Below, piece after piece: positions 1 to 7,532 of a stretch of 37,852 nt of DNA. The first letter of the stretch is position 1, and the number at the start of each line of letters is the position of its first letter. The notes under the pieces were generated by a model. The model searched no databases and was not told where the DNA came from. It saw only the letters and a list, made by a program, of their open reading frames with translations. Made by a program: the position numbers and the translations under genes. Source of the DNA: a virus; the IMG/VR virus record IMGVR_UViG_3300021560_000036, positions 1-37,852 of that record. One strand, given 5' to 3'.

Positions 1-123
1 AGCGGAAAGGTATAGGAACCTAAGACAATGGGCAAGGATCAAGGAGCTGTTGACGCGTGAGGATGTGGGGGAGATGGAGAAGATGGAGGAGGTGGAAGAA
101 AGAGGAGAGGGAACGGGAAAGGA
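1..123. repeat. Terminal direct repeat, left copy (identical to 37730-37852)
   Basis: Read base by base: the first 123 nt (agcggaaaggtatagg...gggaacgggaaagga) recur exactly as the last 123 nt of the window. Confidence 0.95.
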
Positions 124-160
124 TGTTGAAGTGGATTGCAAAGGGCAAGGGAAAGGATAG
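2..160 (+). CDS. 3' part of a small ORF that reads through the window junction (5' part at 37725-37852)
   Basis: The frame is open from 37686, with a GTG at 37725. Translation is VQAERYRNLRQWARIKELLTREDVGEMEKMEEVEERGEGTGKDVEVDCKGQGKG, ending at TAG 158-160. The next gene starts 5 nt later. Confidence 0.35.
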   Translation, partial: AERYRNLRQWARIKELLTREDVGEMEKMEEVEERGEGTGKDVEVDCKGQGKG

Positions 161-164
161 TTAG

Positions 165-470
165 GTGGCGACGAAGATTAAGGTGCTGGGGACTCCGTTG
201 TTGCAGGTGATTAATGACGAGAGTATCCGGCTGAAGAAGAACCGTACGCTGGATCCGAGGGTGGCCGACGAGTTGGTCGACCCGACCGGGATCCATCTTG
301 TCATCTTCTCAATGGTCCACAATGACAAGGAGATCAGGACACAGTTGATGCTGAAGATGAAGGGAAGCGACGAGCCGCGGAGGGGCTGGCTGGACATGAG
401 CTTCGAGCGGTTCCGGGACCTGCCGGAAGTGGAGGTTCCGATTGGGGATGGGGAACTGAACGGTGGATGA
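165..470 (+). CDS. Hypothetical protein (101 aa)
   Basis: GTG start 7 nt after AAGGA. The composition is non-repetitive and balanced (KVLGTPLLQVINDESIRLKK...). The stop overlaps the next start. Confidence 0.6.
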   Translation: MATKIKVLGTPLLQVINDESIRLKKNRTLDPRVADELVDPTGIHLVIFSMVHNDKEIRTQLMLKMKGSDEPRRGWLDMSFERFRDLPEVEVPIGDGELNGG

Positions 471-774
471 GGATGGAGTTGATGGTGTTGATGGGGATGG
501 TGGGGTGGATGGTGTAGATGATGTGGATGAGGTGGTCCGAGATGGGAGCCAGGTCGACTGGATCTCGATGGACCAGGACGAGATGAGGTTCGAGGTGGAG
601 CGGACGGGCGAGGCGTTGAAGCGGGACCCGGACCTTACCTTCTCGGCCAAGGCGCTGAACGGCCTCGACGTCCAGGTTCACCGCTTCGTCGCGTCGAGGA
701 TCATCCGGAGCTGGAATCACACCGGCAGCGCCCCGAAGAAGCTGAAGGTGACGGTGACGGTAGAGGTGGAGTAG
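463..774 (+). CDS. Hypothetical protein (103 aa) with an Asp/Gly/Val repeat N-terminus
   Basis: GTG start overlaps the upstream stop. The C-terminal two thirds look protein-like (DWISMDQDEMRFEVERTGEALKRDPDLTFSAKALNG...). It is the last plus-strand gene before the convergent terminator. The true start is uncertain. Confidence 0.5.
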   Translation: MDEDGVDGVDGDGGVDGVDDVDEVVRDGSQVDWISMDQDEMRFEVERTGEALKRDPDLTFSAKALNGLDVQVHRFVASRIIRSWNHTGSAPKKLKVTVTVEVE

Positions 775-796
775 GGAAGGGAGAGAGGAAGAGGAA

Positions 797-842
797 AGAA
801 GAAGACCTCCGGGGGGATGGTGTGCCCCGGAGGTCTTCTTCT
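797..842. terminator. Bidirectional hairpin terminator between convergent operons
   Basis: Perfect 18-bp inverted repeat AGAAGAAGACCTCCGGGG / CCCCGGAGGTCTTCTTCT with a 10-nt loop. It lies between the plus-strand gene end (774) and the minus-strand gene end (982). Confidence 0.7.
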
Positions 843-981
843 CTTGTCCCTCTCCCAATCGCAATCGGCCTGTTGTGGTCTGAGCCGATCCGCAGGAAGG
901 TTTTCCCTCTGGGGAGTGTACAGAGGTGGGATGAGAATGTCAAGGGAAGAGTGGAGGGGATTGAGGGGGATTACCTTCTTC

Positions 982-1254
982 CTACTCTTCTTCCTCCTCT
1001 TCTTCGAGCGTGGGGAGGAGGGAGAAGGGGTTGTCGGGGTGGAACTGGGAGTGCTGGTAGTCCCCCTCGAAGTCCTCTTCGGTGATGGTCTCGACGGTGA
1101 TGCGGAAGCGCCTGACCCAGTCCCGGCCGACGCAGCAGAAAGAGATCGGGGTGTCGCGCATCGGGTCATCGGAAAGGAACTCGGTGCGAGTGGGGGCTTG
1201 GTCGCGGACGGCCTGCCAGATGGTGAGGGCGAGGTCGTCAACGTGGATGGTCAT
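982..1254 (-). CDS. Hypothetical protein (90 aa) with a poly-Glu C-terminus
   Basis: ATG start 4 nt after the upstream stop. Protein-like sequence (MTIHVDDLALTIWQAVRDQ...). It is the last gene of the minus-strand module. Confidence 0.55.
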   Translation of the reverse strand: MTIHVDDLALTIWQAVRDQAPTRTEFLSDDPMRDTPISFCCVGRDWVRRFRITVETITEEDFEGDYQHSQFHPDNPFSLLPTLEEEEEEE

Positions 1255-1257
1255 GGG

Positions 1258-1965
1258 TTAGCTCCGATCTGACGCATGGGGAATTGAAGCTGTGTCCATC
1301 GGGATTGGCGCGAGAGCGGCGATAAGGCGCTCGGCGGTACGTCGGCCGATCCCTGGGACGGCCATAAGGTCTTCAGCGGTGCAGGTCCAGGCGATGGGGA
1401 CTCCACCAAAATGTTGATAGATTCGATCAGCCACTTGTGGCCCGACTGCCGGGAAGGACTGGAGGAGGTGACTAGCAAAAGCGCGGGTGGTTGTTCGCCC
1501 CCAACCAGACGAGACTTTAGGTCTTCGATCCAGAGCTGTGTGGTTTGCTTTTCCGAAGTAGATGGCAAGGCTAGTGATAGCCGAAGCTGTATCTTTAGTG
1601 GAGTCGGTGTGGACGACGACGATGGATCGGAGCTGGATTCCTGCCTCGATGGATCGGAGTTGGGCGCGCGTGACTTGGGAGTAGGAGGTTGAGAGAAGGG
1701 ATCCTTCCGTTGTGAAGGAGATCGGGCCTTCGATGATGAGGACTGCTTGCGTGAGGATGAGGGACGCTTCAATTTGGGCTAGCTCCTTTTGAAGACGGCC
1801 ATCCACGAGAGAGTTGAAGAAGTCGTTGATTTCCTTGCGCTGAAAGCCGACGCGAGCGGTCGGTGAGATGGAGAGGAAGTCACAGCCGTTGGACTCACAG
1901 AGCGGGGAGGTTGGTCCGAGGGTTGTGAGGTGGGGGGATTGTTCGGTGGGGGAGCGGAAGATCAT
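1258..1965 (-). CDS. ERCC4 (XPF/Mus81/Hef)-type structure-specific nuclease with a C-terminal helix-hairpin-helix
   Basis: The segment GCDFLSIS...VGFQRKEINDFFNSLVDGRLQKELAQ matches the ERCC4 signature GDXn-ERKxxxD...GRL..Q, with Q in place of E. C-terminal LMAVPGIGRRTAERLIAAL is an HhH motif. Confidence 0.65.
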   Translation of the reverse strand: MIFRSPTEQSPHLTTLGPTSPLCESNGCDFLSISPTARVGFQRKEINDFFNSLVDGRLQKELAQIEASLILTQAVLIIEGPISFTTEGSLLSTSYSQVTRAQLRSIEAGIQLRSIVVVHTDSTKDTASAITSLAIYFGKANHTALDRRPKVSSGWGRTTTRAFASHLLQSFPAVGPQVADRIYQHFGGVPIAWTCTAEDLMAVPGIGRRTAERLIAALAPIPMDTASIPHASDRS

Positions 1966-1986
1966 TGAAGGGGATTGGAGATTGGG

Positions 1987-2352
1987 TTAGTAGACGTGCT
2001 GGGGGTTGTGGCGTGTCTCTGTCTCGATGAACGTGGTGACGAAGTTACCGATGTGGAGAATGCCGTTGCAGTGCTGGAGGTAGGCATGTCCCCGGTCGTC
2101 GGTCTTGGTGACCTGGTTGGGGCAGTAGTCACAGTCGTAGGGGTAGTCGATGTCATCCGGGAGCCAGAAGGCGTGGCAGGTGGAACAAAGGAGGACGCCG
2201 GAGATGGTGCGCCGGATCTCGGTGTAGGGGGATGGGATGGGGTTGGGGTCGGGATCGGTGTCGGAGTTGAGGAGGGGATCGGCGGAAAGGGGATCGGGGT
2301 AGTCGGAGTCGGAGTTGGAGTCAGGGTCGGAGTCGGAGTCGGGGTCGGTCAT
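1987..2352 (-). CDS. Small Cys-rich (zinc-ribbon-like) protein with an Asp/Pro/Ser repeat N-terminus
   Basis: CSTCH...CDYC...HCNG cysteine/histidine pairs. The N-terminal DPDSDSDPDSNSDSD is encoded by the GGAGTC/GGGGTC repeat run at 2270-2345. There is a 4-nt overlap with the upstream gene. Confidence 0.55.
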   Translation of the reverse strand: MTDPDSDSDPDSNSDSDYPDPLSADPLLNSDTDPDPNPIPSPYTEIRRTISGVLLCSTCHAFWLPDDIDYPYDCDYCPNQVTKTDDRGHAYLQHCNGILHIGNFVTTFIETETRHNPQHVY

Positions 2353-2687
2353 TCGGGAGTGGGGAAGAGGGCGACGCAGGGGCAGGGGTAGGAGTACTCG
2401 TTCGCGCCATGGACATAGACGGTGGCCTGGCAGGAGTAGCCGGGGGAGCCGGGTAAGCCGGAGGCGTAGTGGAGGGAAGTGGGATGGGAGCAGATGTCAC
2501 AGTCGGTGGGGAGAGTGGTAGGGGGATCGGTGGGGGGTTCGGGTTCGACTTCGGGATCGGGGGGTTGGGGATCGGTAGGGGGATCGGGAGTTGGTTCGGG
2601 GTCAACGGGGTCAACGGGGTCAACGGGGTCAGTCGTTGTTGATTGTGTTGAGGCAGAGGTGCTCGGTGCTCCACCAGTACCAGCCAT
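2349..2687 (-). CDS. Small Cys-rich protein with a (DPV)n / Pro-rich N-terminus
   Basis: CDIC...C...CPC pattern. The N-terminus contains DPVDPVDPVDP, encoded by a 9-bp tandem repeat. The start is uncertain because it overlaps the upstream ORF by 59 nt. Confidence 0.5.
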   Translation of the reverse strand: MAGTGGAPSTSASTQSTTTDPVDPVDPVDPEPTPDPPTDPQPPDPEVEPEPPTDPPTTLPTDCDICSHPTSLHYASGLPGSPGYSCQATVYVHGANEYSYPCPCVALFPTPE

Positions 2688-2901
2688 CGTTCAGTGTCCT
2701 TTCGCCATAGAGCCAAGCCTGATATGCAAAAGCGTCCTGTTCCCCTTCGGGAACAGTGTTCGAGGGGCCTGATAACGCAGCAAACACAGATGCAGGCATC
2801 CCCACTGTCTGTGCCAATTGAGCGTTCTTAAACTGCCACTTTCCTCCGTATGCAGTCGTAGGGTCAGCATGAGATTCATGATCGGCGATGCACCTGCCCA
2901 T
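2629..2901 (-). CDS. Hypothetical protein (90 aa)
   Basis: Non-repetitive, Trp-rich sequence (AFAYQAWLYGERTLNDGWYWWSTEHLC). Confidence 0.5.
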   Translation of the reverse strand: MGRCIADHESHADPTTAYGGKWQFKNAQLAQTVGMPASVFAALSGPSNTVPEGEQDAFAYQAWLYGERTLNDGWYWWSTEHLCLNTINND

Positions 2902-3008
2902 CGGTGAATGAAGGACCTGGGATTGGGTCGGGATCGAGGAGGGGTGCAGGGGCGGGAGAGCAAGGATGAGCGGGAAGAAGGGGGTAACCAGCCTCCCCGC
3001 GCGCGAGC

Positions 3009-3314
3009 CTATGTCACTGGCCTTCCCTCACCCGCGGGGGGCTCCGGGTTGGCAGGGTTGGCCGGTTCGGTGAGTTCGAGGCGGCACGGCCAGATGTAGT
3101 CGGTCTCGGCGGTCGAGCAGTCCACGCAGTAGGGGTGCCAGGCCCCGATCACCGCTCCCCTGCCGTCGTTGTTGTCGACGTAGGCGGGCGTCCAGTGCGC
3201 GACGTGGCCGTGGGAGAGGACGCGGTCGGGCGGCTTGATGGTGACGTCCTCGGTCAAGGGGAGGGGGGTGAGTTCGGGGAGCGGCGTGGTCATTGGATCT
3301 ATTGGATCTGCCAT
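3009..3314 (-). CDS. Small Cys/His-rich protein (101 aa)
   Basis: SHGHVAHW...HPYCVDC...WPC pattern with a Pro-rich N-terminus. It is in series with the other small Cys-rich ORFs. Confidence 0.5.
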   Translation of the reverse strand: MADPIDPMTTPLPELTPLPLTEDVTIKPPDRVLSHGHVAHWTPAYVDNNDGRGAVIGAWHPYCVDCSTAETDYIWPCRLELTEPANPANPEPPAGEGRPVT

Positions 3315-4081
3315 CCAGCGACTCCTTTCAGATAGGTGAGCGGGAATGAGATCATGGGTTCGCCTATATGGAGAGGTCGTCCACGGTCTTTGACACTGGT
3401 GTAGAGGTACCGTCCTCTGAGGTCTTTATGGAGAAAGAGAGTCGAATCGAATTGGTGCTTGAGTCGCTTCTGCCCACTAGGTTTATGCCCAACTCCTCCA
3501 AACACCGAAATTGTTTCACGATCATCCCCAACGCTGCTCCTGCCGCCACCGCTTCCCGTTGATCGAGCAACCGGATCAGCAGTTGAGCAAGCGATAATGT
3601 GACACGGGGACTTATAGATGAATGGTCGCATAAAGGAAGAGTACAACTTATTGATGTACTTCCAGTCGGTCCACCCTCCGAACTCTGTATCGCGTTGAAG
3701 CTCGGTCTTGACACGGAGGAAGAAGGACCCGGTGTCTTCCCCGAAGACTTCCTGGGTGTAGTACTCCTGGACCGCGGGCCAGGCTTCTGAGGCAAGGTCA
3801 CAGACAAACCAATCATCACGATGGAGCTGAGGGAAGATTTTGGAGAGAGCGTCCCCGTACTCAGGCCACTCATACACCTCGAAGACGCTGATGTTTGAGA
3901 GACCATTGAGCGCGACGGATTTCGTATAGGACTTGTCGTTGTCGATAACGTAGATATGGGAGGGAGACTGAGTAGCGGAAAGCAGCTTGCCGAGTTCGGT
4001 GACGGCGTGGGATTTGCCGCAAGCCGGTTCGGAATAGAGGAGAATCCGTTCGCGCGCGGGAATGGAGGAGATAAAGGGCAT
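3299..4081 (-). CDS. Sak4-like (AAA_24 / RecA-fold) recombination ATPase
   Basis: Walker A is LLYSEPACGKSH. A hydrophobic strand plus Asp (WFVCDLASEAW) serves as Walker B. The length and context (next to a PD-(D/E)xK nuclease) are typical of phage Sak4-type ATPases. Confidence 0.6.
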   Translation of the reverse strand: MPFISSIPARERILLYSEPACGKSHAVTELGKLLSATQSPSHIYVIDNDKSYTKSVALNGLSNISVFEVYEWPEYGDALSKIFPQLHRDDWFVCDLASEAWPAVQEYYTQEVFGEDTGSFFLRVKTELQRDTEFGGWTDWKYINKLYSSFMRPFIYKSPCHIIACSTADPVARSTGSGGGRSSVGDDRETISVFGGVGHKPSGQKRLKHQFDSTLFLHKDLRGRYLYTSVKDRGRPLHIGEPMISFPLTYLKGVAGWQIQ

Positions 4082-4326
4082 TAGTTGTTCCCAGTCCCAC
4101 TCTGATGATGAAGGTGGGAGGGGTGGGAGAGGTCGGAGAGACGGGAGGGGAGGGATGGGTGAGAGGGGTTGGAGCGATAACCGGCCAGAAATCCTTCCAG
4201 ATAGTCGGAATGGCGCTGGCAGATCCGGAAGTCGTCATGGGTTGTATTGGTCGTATTGAGTGTAAGTTCCCCACAGCATTCAGAGAAGTCGGGACAGTTC
4301 TGCTTGAGGGTGAGCCATTCATTCAT
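4081..4326 (-). CDS. Small Cys-rich protein (81 aa)
   Basis: Internal ATG (MNEWLTLKQNCPDFSECCGEL...ICQRH) overlaps the upstream stop by 8 nt. Its stop overlaps the Sak4-like start (TAATG). Confidence 0.45.
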   Translation of the reverse strand: MNEWLTLKQNCPDFSECCGELTLNTTNTTHDDFRICQRHSDYLEGFLAGYRSNPSHPSLPSRLSDLSHPSHLHHQSGTGNN

Positions 4327-5356
4327 TGACGCCTTCCGCAGTAGGTGTGGGAGCGTCGGTTGGAGACGGGACTTTTTCGGCATCTTCGCTCACTTTCTCA
4401 ACTTTCTCAATTGTCAGACGGGATGATGGGACCGAGGTGGCATATCGCTCGTAGATCCCCTCCGACTTCAGATAGGCGGCGACGGAACGGGTGTCGAGAC
4501 GGGTGGTCCGGAACTCTGAGTAGGAGAAGCGGAACTGCCCGACCCGGCCCTTCTGGACATCGGAGGTAGAGATGTTGGCCTTGATCTGAGTCTTGAGCTT
4601 TGCCTCCAGGGATTGGAAGAACAGGACCCGTTCATGGACAGCATCGTAGGAGATGAGGGCGAGTTCGAGTTCGGGGTCGGTGATGGTCTCTTCCTCATGG
4701 AGCGTCCAGTAAGGGCAGTACTTACCCTTGGAGCAGGGAGGAAGATCGCCGGTGTTGTTGTAGGTCTTGAGGTTGGTGTCGTAGGAGGAGATGAGACGGT
4801 AGATGTCAAGCTCCCAACGCCTGATCTCGTCCCGTGTGAACTTCACCTCATGGAGATGCTGCCTGTCTTTGTCGTAGATGGCAAAGATGACCTGCTCTAC
4901 GAGAAAGTCGAACTCCTCGCTCAGACCCATGCAGTAGGCGGCAACCTGATAGAAGTACCCGTTGAATAATGGTAGTACGTCCCACGGTTCAGGAGAGAGG
5001 AACTTCTCGGTGTGATCGTGAGAGAGAGCCTTGATCTCGATGAGGGAGCGGGGTATCGGGACCGCCTTGAATGTAAAGGCGATGCCGTCGACGTGCCCCC
5101 GGACGACCGCACCAGCGACCGTAGCGTTGACTTCCTGTTGGGCGTGCGACACGTTATAGCCCCGGCGGACAAGCATGTCGCGGATGCTGCCCTCAAGGTC
5201 GTTGCCTTCATCAAAGGCGGTCTGGAGGGTAGATGGGATGGGAGAGGGAGGTTGCTGCTGATGTGCGTAGATGAAGGCACGAGGGCATGTAGATAGGGCA
5301 GACGCACGATAGATAGTACTTCCGCCATCCTGATAGACGATAGGCTCATCGGACAT
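4319..5356 (-). CDS. PD-(D/E)xK nuclease, RecB/Cas4-like phage exonuclease
   Basis: Motifs GHVDGIAF (D), LIEIKAL (ExK) and YFYQVAAY (QxxxY). There is an N-terminal Cys (STCPRAF) and a C-terminal CSKGKYC. Confidence 0.65.
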   Translation of the reverse strand: MSDEPIVYQDGGSTIYRASALSTCPRAFIYAHQQQPPSPIPSTLQTAFDEGNDLEGSIRDMLVRRGYNVSHAQQEVNATVAGAVVRGHVDGIAFTFKAVPIPRSLIEIKALSHDHTEKFLSPEPWDVLPLFNGYFYQVAAYCMGLSEEFDFLVEQVIFAIYDKDRQHLHEVKFTRDEIRRWELDIYRLISSYDTNLKTYNNTGDLPPCSKGKYCPYWTLHEEETITDPELELALISYDAVHERVLFFQSLEAKLKTQIKANISTSDVQKGRVGQFRFSYSEFRTTRLDTRSVAAYLKSEGIYERYATSVPSSRLTIEKVEKVSEDAEKVPSPTDAPTPTAEGVNE

Positions 5357-5394
5357 GGGCGTCCTTTCTCAAGATGGTGAGGGGGAGGGAAGGT

Positions 5395-5437
5395 GAGCGG
5401 CCCCCCAGACAACGGAAGGAAAGCCGGGGGGCCGCTC
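5395..5437 (-). other. Intergenic GC-rich hairpin (possible attenuator or RNA-processing site)
   Basis: Perfect 12-bp inverted repeat GAGCGGCCCCCC / GGGGGGCCGCTC with a 19-nt loop, between gene end 5498 and gene start 5356. No U-tract follows on the minus strand. Confidence 0.4.
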
Positions 5438-5497
5438 AGGGGCAACGCTCGGGTTGGGGGAGGAGATGCCACGTCTACCAGCCCTTTCCCCGTTGGC

Positions 5498-6031
5498 TCA
5501 AGCAGCCGACGTTGCCTCCCTCTGGGCAGAGCGAGCGGCGGCGGCGTGCTTGGCTCGCTCTGCGGCCCTCTGAGCCGCTTCCAGACGCTCCGTAAGCTCC
5601 TGGGGCGTGGCGGGGCGTACGAAGCGTGTATGGACCTTCCAGAGGCCTGTGGGGGCATTCTGGGAGTCCCGACCCTCCACAGCGACAACCTCCCAGATCT
5701 GCGCGGGTTGGGTCTTCTTCAGCCGGGTGTTAATTGTACGCGCCCTGACTCGTGCCCGCTTGGCCGCTTCTTTGGAATCTCCGTCGGCGCTGAACTCGTA
5801 GAGTCGTGCCCAACGGCCCGGAGTGTTGACGAGGAAGGCGAGATATTCCTCCCACGCCAGGACGACCTTCTTCTCGCGAGTTGCACGGACGGGCTTTTCG
5901 GGTGGAGCCTCGAAGTCGAGAGACAGACCGTCCAACTCGGGTGAGTCGGGGAGTGAGCTGTAGACGATCTCCAGCTCCTCGGGTAGCGGCTCATCGTCGT
6001 CAAACTCCAACTCGTCGTTCAAATCAGGCAT
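5498..6031 (-). CDS. Hypothetical protein (177 aa) with an acidic N-terminus
   Basis: ATG start. Protein-like middle section (VVLAWEEYLAFLVNTPGRWARLYEF...) and a basic helical C-terminus. Confidence 0.6.
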   Translation of the reverse strand: MPDLNDELEFDDDEPLPEELEIVYSSLPDSPELDGLSLDFEAPPEKPVRATREKKVVLAWEEYLAFLVNTPGRWARLYEFSADGDSKEAAKRARVRARTINTRLKKTQPAQIWEVVAVEGRDSQNAPTGLWKVHTRFVRPATPQELTERLEAAQRAAERAKHAAAARSAQREATSAA

Positions 6032-6053
6032 TGGTGGTTCCCTTCAAACTGGG

Positions 6054-6812
6054 TTACTGATGATGGGTAGCGTAGTACCCGCTGGAGGAACCGTCAATCA
6101 CGGACGAGGCGAGTTGTTCGTCGGTCTGGATGTTCGGGAGTTGCATGGCAGCGGAGATGAAGGTGCCGAAGTCGGCTGAGGAGCGAGCGAGGGCGGTGAG
6201 GGTGGACTCCAGGCTGCCGTTGGAGGGCGTGGATTGGAGGGTGGGTTGGACGGTGGGTTGGAGGGTCTGGGGCGGAGGTTCGGTCGGAGGGTTCTCGGAG
6301 GGTTGGATGACCTCTGCGCCTGCCTTCCCGTCGTCCTTGATGAAGCCGAGGAACTCGACCGGCATGCGACGGATGGTGGCCGGACGTTCTTGACTCTCGC
6401 CACGGGGCGTGAAGGCCGGGACGATCTCCTTCTCCTGCAAGTGCCACTTCGTATCGTTCCAGATGGTCGAGTCGAGTACGTCTTTGTCGAGGAGCCAGTC
6501 TTGACCCTTGGCCTCGATGGAGTCGGCGGCATAGGCGCACCAGCGCGAGAAGGTGGAGCGGTTGTTCGGCTTGGCCTTGTGCGGGTGAGTTGCAGTGATC
6601 CCGTCCGTTGATTCCCACCCCGATCCCATGGACAGGATCTCGCGGGCTTCCTCTTCCTCCTCATCGAAGCCTTCGAGGATGAGAAGGAGCTGTTGGCCGT
6701 TTTGATAGCCGAGGTCGTACCCGAAGGAAGCCTTGAGGATGTTGAAGTCGTACTCTTCGCGTAGACCACTGCCGAACTGAGCGTCGAAGATCGCTCGCTT
6801 TTCCGAAACCAT
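6054..6812 (-). CDS. Hypothetical protein (252 aa); ssDNA-binding role is possible from context only
   Basis: Clean ORF. It sits between the helicase and the nuclease/Sak4 genes, where phage SSBs are often encoded. No motif was recognised. Confidence 0.55.
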   Translation of the reverse strand: MVSEKRAIFDAQFGSGLREEYDFNILKASFGYDLGYQNGQQLLLILEGFDEEEEEAREILSMGSGWESTDGITATHPHKAKPNNRSTFSRWCAYAADSIEAKGQDWLLDKDVLDSTIWNDTKWHLQEKEIVPAFTPRGESQERPATIRRMPVEFLGFIKDDGKAGAEVIQPSENPPTEPPPQTLQPTVQPTLQSTPSNGSLESTLTALARSSADFGTFISAAMQLPNIQTDEQLASSVIDGSSSGYYATHHQ

Positions 6813-6821
6813 TGGGGACTC

Positions 6822-7532
6822 CTATCTTAATGGACCGACGTTAGTGATAACTGCTTCCTTCCACCAGGACGGTAGCAGACCTCGATACCGTCGCCAGATG
6901 TTGTTGTGGAACTGCGTGTCGAGGATGTAGGACTCACAGAAGTCGTCATCAGAGCGCATCCCACGACCGGTCATTTGGACAAGAGACCTTATTGTCTGAA
7001 CGGCGTACCAGAGTTCCCCTCCTCTGACATGGAGGCGAGCAGATACTTGCTTGTCTCCAAGCGAGAGATAAGGGACCTTACAGACGACAATAGCCCGACA
7101 GTCATCTCCGGGAAGATCAATCCCTCGTTCCAGAGATGATGCCAGGAGAACAGCGGCAGGTTGCTGGAGATAACGGTGGATAGCGGGGTCTCGTTCGTAG
7201 GAAGATTCGTAAGCCACTCCGCGAAGTCTTCCAGCGTTTGAATTGACTCGGAGATACCGAGCGAGATCGTAGCTAACCGTGTGTACCAGGACTCGATCGT
7301 TCGGGTGTCGATTGCAGATGATATCGAGGGCAGTAGCGAGAGCTGGATAGGCGGTATCTCGTGTCTTATAGGTAACATTCGCAACTCCGTAGGGATAGAT
7401 GGGACGGAGGGCGGGGGGGAATGTTGATGGTACGGTTACAAGCTGGAAGGGACGAGACCGAGGGAAGCTGCCATTTCCTCGGCCGAAATGATCGTTGCAG
7501 ACATTAAGAGCCATTGTCGACCGTATCGCCAA
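6822..7532 (-). CDS. DinG/XPD-like helicase, C-terminal half (helicase domain 2); -1 frame relative to the N-terminal half
   Basis: Motif V-like SSLERGIDLPGDDCRAIVVCKVPY and motif VI QMTGRGMRSDDD. The meaningful sequence begins about RPFQLVTVPSTFPP, near 7450. Confidence 0.7.
   Translation of the reverse strand: MAIRSTMALNVCNDHFGRGNGSFPRSRPFQLVTVPSTFPPALRPIYPYGVANVTYKTRDTAYPALATALDIICNRHPNDRVLVHTVSYDLARYLRVNSNAGRLRGVAYESSYERDPAIHRYLQQPAAVLLASSLERGIDLPGDDCRAIVVCKVPYLSLGDKQVSARLHVRGGELWYAVQTIRSLVQMTGRGMRSDDDFCESYILDTQFHNNIWRRYRGLLPSWWKEAVITNVGPLR

Noticed and set aside
1-123. Terminal repeats as transposon or IS ends
   Set aside because: The repeats are direct, not inverted. There is no transposase. 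The content is a coherent phage genome.
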